A stretch of 15,193 nucleotides of DNA, filler included, from an uncultured virus (IMG/VR IMGVR_UViG_2049941000_000100) (Duplodnaviria; Heunggongvirae; Uroviricota; Caudoviricetes). It is 4 parts of one record of this genome, joined end to end, with 100 filler letters (N's around TTAATTAATTAA, not from the genome) between each part and the next. Parts side by side here need not be neighbours in the genome. Positions count along the whole stretch, not along the records: positions 1,279 to 10,587 come from IMGVR_UViG_2049941000_000100; positions 10,688 to 13,695 come from IMGVR_UViG_2049941000_000100; positions 13,796 to 15,193 come from IMGVR_UViG_2049941000_000100; 1 more part is not named here. One strand, given 5' to 3'. Each line of letters starts with the position of its first letter. Position 1 is the stretch's first letter. The notes beneath the pieces were generated by a model. That model searched no databases. It was given only the letters and a program-made list of their open reading frames with translations, and was not told the origin of the DNA. Position numbers and translations under genes: made by a program. This document shows positions 8,249 through 15,193 of this stretch, piece by piece.

Positions 8249-8937
8249 ATGGAATTAATTTTTAAACCAGAAGACAGACCCTCTTTTACTAATTGCATTA
8301 TGTTTGCGTTCCAGTAGCTTTTGGCTATTATCGCAGCTACTATCGCAGTACCGGCTATTATTGGAAATGGAATGACTGCGTCCGCGGCGCTCTTTGGCGC
8401 GGGCATCGGTACTTTAATCTATCAATTTTTTACTAAGTTCCGTAGTCCCGTATTCTTAGGTTCTTCCTTTGCGTTCTTGGGCTCTATGTTCGCCGCGTTT
8501 GCAGGTGGAGTAAGTATGAGCCTAGGCTTTCTAGGATTAATCCTAGGCGCGGCTTTCGCAGGTTTAGTATACGTGGTTATTGCACTTATAGTTAGAAAGG
8601 TTGGCGTAGAGTGGATTAATAAGCTTATGCCGCCGGTAATTATTGGGCCTATTGTAGCTATTATTGGACTTAGTTTAGCGGGAAATGCAGTAGGCGATAT
8701 GTTAAGTGCGAGCTATTTAGGTTTCTTATGCGCGCTCGTAACTCTATTCGTAGTTATTCTTACTAGTGTATATGGAAGTAAGAACTTAAAGTTGGTGCCA
8801 TTTATTGTTGGTATTGCAGCAGGGTACGCGGTCGCACTTATTATAAGTTTAGCGGGCGCCGCATCTATAATTAATTTAGATAAGTTTAAAGAAATTAATA
8901 GTTTCTTTAGTCTGCCGCAGTTTACATTTTGGATTGC
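8249..8937 (+). CDS. uraA: NCS2-family uracil/xanthine permease, TAG-recoded at codon 23 (3' truncated at the gap)
   Basis: SD AGGAG, ATG 8249: MELIFKPEDRPSFTNCIMFAFQ*LLAIIAATIAVP. UraA/PyrP signatures ALFGAGIGTLIY, PVFLGSSFAF and MPPVIIGPIVAIIGLSLA; multiple transmembrane segments. TAG at 8315. Confidence 0.9.
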
Positions 8938-8947
8938 NNNNNNNNNN

Positions 8948-9256
8948 GGGCCTTCTTTACAAGGGAATCCTCATAAGTTTAAAGAGATTTGTTTCTTTGG
9001 ATATAATTTTATTCGTTCTGATAGCGGCCGTATGAATAGTATTGAAGCCGCGCAAATTTGTCAGAGTGCGGGAATCCCTTGGGTTCCTATTGCGGATAGT
9101 AATTATATTCTTCCTGACGATATGGAAACTCTTAAGCTTGATGCGGATGGACCTTGTATTGTTGGAGAAGGTATGCGCGAAGGATGGGTTTGCAGAAGTT
9201 ATGATGGAAAATTATCTTTTAAGAATGTAAGTAGAGAATATCTTTTAAAGCATTAA
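8948..9256 (+). CDS. C-terminal part of the RNA ligase, displaced by scaffolding
   Basis: GPSLQGN (after motif III), FFGYNF (IIIa), PWVP, REGWV (IV) and SFKNVSREYLLKH (V) are the ligase motifs missing from both 5' copies; unrelated to the permease upstream of the gap. Confidence 0.85.
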   Translation, partial: GPSLQGNPHKFKEICFFGYNFIRSDSGRMNSIEAAQICQSAGIPWVPIADSNYILPDDMETLKLDADGPCIVGEGMREGWVCRSYDGKLSFKNVSREYLLKH

Positions 9257-9683
9257 AATATCTTTGGTGTTAATTCTANNNNNNNNNNNNNNNNNNNNNN
9301 NNNNNNNNNNNNNNNNNNNNNNNNNNNNNNNNNNNNNNNNNNNNNNNNNNNNNNNNNNNNNNNNNNNNNNNNNNNNNNNNNNNNNNNNNNNNNNNNNNNN
9401 NNNNNNNNNNNNNNNNNNNNNNNNNNNNNNNNNNNNNNNNNNNNNNNNNNNNNNNNNNNNNNNNNNNNNNNNNNNNNNNNNNNNNNNNNNNNNNNNNNNN
9501 NNNNNNNNNNNNNNNNNNNNNNNNNNNNNNNNNNNNNNNNNNNNNNNNNNNNNNNNNNNNNNNNNNNNNNNNNNNNNNNNNNNNNNNNNNNNNNNNNNNN
9601 NNNNNNNNNNNNNNNNNNNNNNNNNNNNNNNNNNNNNNNNNNNNNNNNNNNNNNNNNNNNNNNNNNNNNNNNNNNNNNNNNNA

Positions 9684-10491
9684 CGAGTAAGAAAGCATTA
9701 TGAAACCGCAGTAGCTTACTTCGGTAGTGAAAAGTTTGTAGTTGGTGCGTTTCTTGTTGGTTCTCAGAATTATAAATTAGATATTGAAACGTCAGATGTA
9801 GACGTTAAAGTATTTGTTCTTCCTTCTCTTGAATCTATTATCGAGCTTGGCGCGCCGGAAAGTTCTACATGGGTATCTGAGGGCGGCGAGCATGAAGATT
9901 TTAAGGATTTTAGGCTTGTAATTAAGGAATTGGAAAAGGGTTCTCCCAATATGCTGGAGACCCTTTTCACCGATTATTATATTATTAATCCGGATTATAG
10001 TTTTATAATTGCACGGCTTAGAGCATATAGAGAACGTATCGCAAATAATAACCAAAAGGGTATTTTTAATGCGTTTTATGGTATGGCGCAAAGATTTATT
10101 AAGCTTTATAATGAAGGAAAATCAGATATTAAATCGGTAGTAACTCTTTTAAGAANNNNNNNNNNGAGATTTTATTTATAGTTATTTCGTATTAGGAGAA
10201 ACTTATAATAAGTCTCTTGTTCCTTCTAATTTATTTACATTACGAACTTTAAGAACCCAACCAGTTGAACAAGAAAAGTTAAAGGCTTTTGTAGATGAGG
10301 CAACCAAAGATTTAGAAGAGTTTAAATCTTTTAGTGAGAAGAAGGCCGCGCGCGGTAATGACACGTTGGGGAAAGTAGTTTTAAGAGATATATTATATGA
10401 TTTAATGTATACTCATTTAAAGAATGAAATTAAAGATTTTAGGTTTACTAATTTTGATGAGGTTATAAAAAATGAGAGTGTACTTTTGTAA
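9684..10491 (+). CDS. DNA polymerase beta-superfamily nucleotidyltransferase, RlaP/YcgL-like (5' partial; internal 10-N gap)
   Basis: GSQNYKLDIETSDVDVK is the GS...DxD motif, followed by KGSPNMLETLF. After the gap, frame +1 (10168-10491) continues with a helical tail DFIYSYF...NESVLL and TAA. Confidence 0.85.
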
Positions 10492-10587
10492 ATATTGTGG
10501 ATATAGTAAAAGGAAAGAAAACGATGATAATCTTTGCCCTCGATGCTTCCATTTTATGGCTGAAGAAGAATGGGAAATGGATGTGTT
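10472..10587 (+). CDS. Small zinc-ribbon protein (3' partial)
   Basis: SD GAGGT at 10459-10463; MRVYFCKYCGYSKRKENDDNLCPRCFHFMAEEEWEMDV has two CxxC pairs. Confidence 0.75.
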
Positions 10588-10687
10588 NNNNNNNNNNNNN
10601 NNNNNNNNNNNNNNNNNNNNNNNNNNNNNNNTTAATTAATTAANNNNNNNNNNNNNNNNNNNNNNNNNNNNNNNNNNNNNNNNNNNN
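10588..10687. other. Artificial contig-joining linker
   Basis: N44-TTAATTAATTAA-N44. Confidence 0.97.
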
Positions 10688-10689
10688 TA

Positions 10690-10832
10690 ACTGGTAATGA
10701 AAATACTTGTTATTTTAATATTGAAAATCTTTATTTTGATTTTATAAATAGTTTATTAGAAGAAAAATTAAAAGATTATTTACCAGTTTATATTACTAGT
10801 GAAGAATTTACTGACCATCAAACAGAATATTT
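10690..10832 (+). CDS. Short internal fragment of a tail protein
   Basis: Open frame +1 ending in YLPVYITSEEFTDHQTEY, matching the repeat YEPVNITEEEFEGHETDYF at 14783-14839. Confidence 0.65.
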
Positions 10833-10843
10833 NNNNNNNNNNT

Positions 10844-13695
10844 TTAAATAATGATTTATATTTAGAAATAAATGGTAGTGTTGGATTATATCCTAGATTA
10901 AGTCGTTTAAATAAAGAACGTAATTAGTTAATCGACTCCGCGGCTCCACTTGCTAATTCTATTAGTGATTTAACATCTAAATATTAGGTCGCATAGTTAT
11001 AGTATGATTCTGCTGAAAAAGACTTATAGAGGATGTTAGATCCATAGAGCGGCACTATTTATCAATATACGCATTATATTTATGATGACTTTTATAATTA
11101 GTATGGAAGAAAAGGCACTGCAGTAAATGTTAATGTACCTTCTTATAAGAACGAAATTTATTTTATAAAAGCTAGCGGATTAACTAATATTACTGCAAAT
11201 AGTGGCACTTTAAGTTATTATAAAGTGACTAATGATACAGCGCCGGTTAGTGGAAAAACATATTATTATATTTCAAGTAGTGTTTTTACACAATTAAATT
11301 CTACAAAATTTAGAGAAGGTTGTGTTTATTATGAAAAATTAAATAATACGCAATCTATATATGAAGCTAATACATATATGTAGACAGGAACCACCACAAC
11401 TACACTTACTTTTAGTGGAAGTGGTAGTCCAGAGATTTATATATACGGTGCCGCGCGCAGACGTATGGAAGGTCTTGGTGCGGAAGATTTTATAAATGAT
11501 AATTTTACTATTTCTACTTTAGAAAAAATAACAACCCAGCAAGCTAATAAAGATTCTGCCCAAGCAGATATGGAGAGATTTCAGCCTGATTTAGAATACA
11601 CCTAGGCATAGTATGATAGTATTTAGGATTAGCTTAAAACTATTGCTAATGCTACTGATGAAGTAGAAAAAGAATTTAATGTGAAATATGCTCGTTATGT
11701 TCAAGAAGGTTCTTGGACAGATGACAATTATATGGATGATGATTTATATTATCTTGATTCATTATCTGTGTTATATTAGTCTGCTTATCCGAAAGTTAGT
11801 TATAATTTTAATGTATTAGATTTGAGCTAGCTTGAGGAGTATGAAGGGTATAAATTTGATATAGGCGATAAAACTTATGTTGAAGATGTTGAATTCTTTG
11901 GTTATTAGACTATTGATGGTCTTAGAACTCCAGTAAAAGAATAGGTTGTAGTAACTGAATATGCTAAATATTTAGATGAAAATGATAAAAATCAAATAAA
12001 AATTCAAAATTATAAGTCTCATTTTGAAGATTTATTTCAACGTATTACCGCGGCGACATAGACATTAGAATATCATAGTGGAGAGTATGCCAAAGCTGCA
12101 GGGATAGTAACGCCTACTGGAGAACTTTCATAGAGTGTAGTTCAAAGATCGCTTGCTACTTCAAATTATATAATTACTAATTCTTACGATTAGTCTGTTG
12201 TATGGGATGAAACCGGTATTCATGCTACGAATTTAAATGACCCATTACAAATAACTCGTTTAACAAGTGCCGGTATTTTGGTTTCTGCTGATGGAGGTAA
12301 TAATTGGGGAGTTGCTATTAGTGGTTATGGTATTAATACTAATTACTTAACTGCTGGTTAGATTGATGCTGATAAAATTAATATTATGTCTGGCGCGTAT
12401 CCTACTTTTAAATGGGATAGTTTAGGACTTAGAGCTTATGGCTTCACAGTAGACAATAATGGAAATATTTTAAGCTACGATCCTTCTAAATATGTCGCAC
12501 ATGATAGATTTGGTATATATGGCATTAATGGATTAACAGATGCGAATTTTAAAACTGTTTAGGATGTTAAAGATAACGCTGTATTTGGCTTAACTTGGGA
12601 TGGACTATTTATAAAGTCTATACATAGAGATGGATATGTAAGTATCGATTCTGAAAACGATATTACTTTAAAAGAATATTATCAAGAAAATAATTAGAGA
12701 TTAGAACGCATTCGTGGAAAATTTGGTCTTTTAAATAAAAGAGAAGACAGTTCTTTAGAGTAGGATGTATATGGCCTTGCGCTTTATGCAGAAGATGGTA
12801 CTCCTACAGTAGAAACTAAATCTACTGGAACTTTATGGCTAAAATCTTAGATGGATATTGGTACTTCAGGTTAGAGTAATACAATTTATATTGGAGTGGG
12901 TGAAGAGGATACTTTAGACCCAACTCGTTATAAAGTTATTAAAGTTAATGACCTCGAAGATAATGAAAAATTTATAGTTTATTCTGATGGTACATTAAAA
13001 GCGAGCGGCGCGATAATAGAAGGTAGCGGTACTTTTACTGGTACTATTAATGCTAATGGTGGTCATATTGGTAATATGACGATTACTGGATTAGTTGATA
13101 CTGTTGGTGTTAGAATTAGTCCAAATACTACTGAATTTAAATATAATGGAAGTACTTCTACTCCTGTATAGATGACTTTTACTGCTATTCACGGATTTGA
13201 AAGTGCATAGTATGCATGGTATAAGGGTAGTAATCCTGACTAGATGGGTAACCCAGTCGGTAATAATAGTTCTTATACATACACATTTGATTCTAATGAT
13301 TTTAATAACGGAATAACTTATTTAAAAGTTATTATAACTGCTGGTGGCGGTGTATATAGCGATAGAATTACTTTAAGCTATGTAATTGATGGTTAGGAAG
13401 GACCTCCGGGACCTCCGGGCAGGGATGGTAAAGATGGTTATTCTTATACAATACGTACTTCTGCGCAAGAAATCTTTAAATTTATAAATTCTGATGAATC
13501 TACTTATGAAAATAAACAATATGAATTTTCTTTAAGCGAGTTAAATATTAGCGTTTTTGATATGCAGGAATAGGCTTTTATTCCTTTTGTGGCAGTTAAT
13601 AATTCAAAATTTGCTAGTTTAGATGTTAGAATAAGTAGTTATAATTTTAAAGATATAATTAATGAAAATGATTATTCTAGATATTGGGTGAGCTC
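10844..13695 (+). CDS. Large phage tail-tip/spike protein (prophage endopeptidase-tail-like), TAG-recoded, partial at both ends
   Basis: Frame +2 is open for about 950 codons with about 30 TAG and no TAA/TGA. Contains coiled-coil-like segments, SADGGNNWGVAISGYGINTNYLTAG*IDADKINI (resembling Gram-positive siphophage tail-tip proteins), beta-helix-like GSGTFTGTINANGGHIG and a short collagen stretch. Confidence 0.9.
13391..13438 (+). repeat. Collagen-like Gly-X-Y stretch in the tail protein
   Basis: G*E GPP GPP GRD GKD G; tandem DNA repeat GGACCTCCG x2 at 13400-13417; a TAG occupies an X position. Confidence 0.85.
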
Positions 13696-13795
13696 NNNNN
13701 NNNNNNNNNNNNNNNNNNNNNNNNNNNNNNNNNNNNNNNTTAATTAATTAANNNNNNNNNNNNNNNNNNNNNNNNNNNNNNNNNNNNNNNNNNNN
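13696..13795. other. Artificial contig-joining linker
   Basis: N44-TTAATTAATTAA-N44. Confidence 0.97.
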
Positions 13796-15193
13796 AAAAA
13801 AGTAGGAGATAGAATAGTTGCTACTTTTGATAAATTAGTTGCAAAAGATGGAGAATTTAGTGGTACTATTCATGCAAAAGATGGTGAATTTACTGGTGAA
13901 ATTATCTCTAGTGTAATTAATGCTTCAACTATTAATACTGCTAATTTTGTTACAAAAAAAACTCGTTCTATGGGTGTAGTGNNNNNNNNNNTTGCTTTAT
14001 CTGGTCGAGATATTCGGTATGGAAAATTAATTTCTAATATAGATAATGTTTTAATTATAGAGTTTTATTCTAATGATTATCAGACGATTCTTAGCCAAAC
14101 TGATATTTATACTACTGCAACTATTTTTGGTTATGGAAATTATAATGATGTATTAATCGGAATTAATTCTGATAATAGTTATACTGGTGACATATTACCT
14201 CCTCGTTCATTAGTAATGGAAGAATTTACTAATCTTCAATAGTTAAATAGTGGTACTGGTGATTTAGATTATAATCTTAGGTTATATCTTGGTGATTTAA
14301 CTTATGCTCCGGAAGGTGAAGGATATGGTCTCTACGCTGATAATGTATTCTTAAAAGGCAGTTTAACTACTATTGGGAGTAGTGACCCTAATTCACATAA
14401 TTATGCCGGTATTAATACTTTAAAAGATGTAACTTTTAATTATAATACTTGGAGTACTGGACCAGTTAGTTCTAATAATTATAGCACTGATAAAATTATA
14501 TTTTGGGGCGGCGCGTCGGGCGCGGATAATAGTTCAATTTAGGAAGCTCCATTTATTGTAACAGATAACGGGAATATATTTGCACGTAGTGGTGAATTTA
14601 AAGGCACTGTAATTAGTGATTCTTTAATTACTAATACTATTATTAAAGCACCAATTATTTATGGTAATAATAATGATGGAGAATCTGTTATTAATGAACC
14701 AAGTTTAAAAATTTATGATACTAATGATACCAATGGCGGTATTGGTTTTTATAAAAAAGTTGGTAGTATTGATGAAGATGGTTATGAACCGGTTAATATT
14801 ACTGAAGAAGAGTTTGAAGGTCATGAGACAGATTATTTCAAAAAAATTGATAATGAATATGTAAGATGCTAGGCAAATGAGCCCTGGAATAGTTTTACTT
14901 AGTATTATATTGAAGCACAAAAAGATATAAAGACTTTAGTATTATCTATTAATGGTTTTGTTCATTATTATAATAATAATGGTGATATTGTAGCATATGA
15001 TTTTTTAAGATTTGGTGAATCTAGTCCTGATATATACGTTGATGTAACTAGAGTTATTACTGGTACAACAAATTTGTATTAGAATCATTTAATTGATAAT
15101 AATAGTAGTATCTAGCTTAACGGTTAGCTTGATGGAAATAGTTTTAAAGGAATTAATTTATATACTACAAATTCTAATAATAATTCTAATATA
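13796..15193 (+). CDS. Internal fragment of a phage tail fibre/spike protein, TAG-recoded (10-N gap at 13982-13991)
   Basis: Frame +2 is open throughout except TAG at 14240, 14540, 14870, 14900, 15080, 15113, 15125. Motifs GYGLYADNVFLKG and FWGGA...I*EAPFIVTDNGNIFARSGEFKG resemble phage tail fibres. Confidence 0.87.
13841..13897 (+). repeat. Imperfect 33-nt-period tandem repeat (11-aa beta-helix-like unit)
   Basis: gcaaaagatggagaatttagtggt / gcaaaagatggtgaatttactggt encode AKDGEFSG(TIH) / AKDGEFTG(EII). Confidence 0.85.

Noticed and set aside
8321..9256. ORF-track permease/RNA-ligase fusion protein
   Set aside because: The junction is a 10-N gap. The halves are an incomplete permease and a ligase C-terminus that happen to share a frame; the true permease start is 8249.
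10844..15193. Tail genes as decayed pseudogenes or non-coding DNA
   Set aside because: Interruptions are exclusively TAG with no TAA, TGA or frameshifts over more than 1,400 codons, which random decay would not produce.
1..15193. Suppressor tRNA, other RNA genes, CRISPR array, integrase or transposase
   Set aside because: No cloverleaf, regularly spaced repeats or such ORFs were seen; almost all non-N sequence is accounted for by coding frames. The recoding machinery must lie outside the window or in gaps.

Overview
Four concatenated pieces (1-1178, 1279-10587, 10688-13695, 13796-15193) joined by artificial 100-nt linkers (N44-TTAATTAATTAA-N44), with further internal N gaps. They appear to come from an AT-rich tailed phage, probably of a Bacillota host (sigmaA-type promoter with extended -10, AGGAG/GAGG Shine-Dalgarno sites). 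All credible genes are on the + strand. The main signal, missed by the ORF track, is that TAG is read as a sense codon, most likely Gln (code 15). The pieces at 1-1178, 10688-13695 and 13796-15193 are long tail-protein frames interrupted only by TAG. A GIY-YIG/NUMOD1 homing endonuclease (7 TAG) and an NCS2 uracil-type permease (1 TAG) are also recoded. Neighbouring enzyme genes are essentially TAG-free and end in TAA. They form a putative RNA end-healing/sealing cluster: metallophosphoesterase, DRB0094-type RNA ligase (two diverged 5' copies plus a displaced 3' part), P-loop kinase-HD fusion and a Pol-beta (RlaP-like) nucleotidyltransferase. Alternating CG runs are strongly over-represented. 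No suppressor tRNA is visible. All translations and counts were done by eye.
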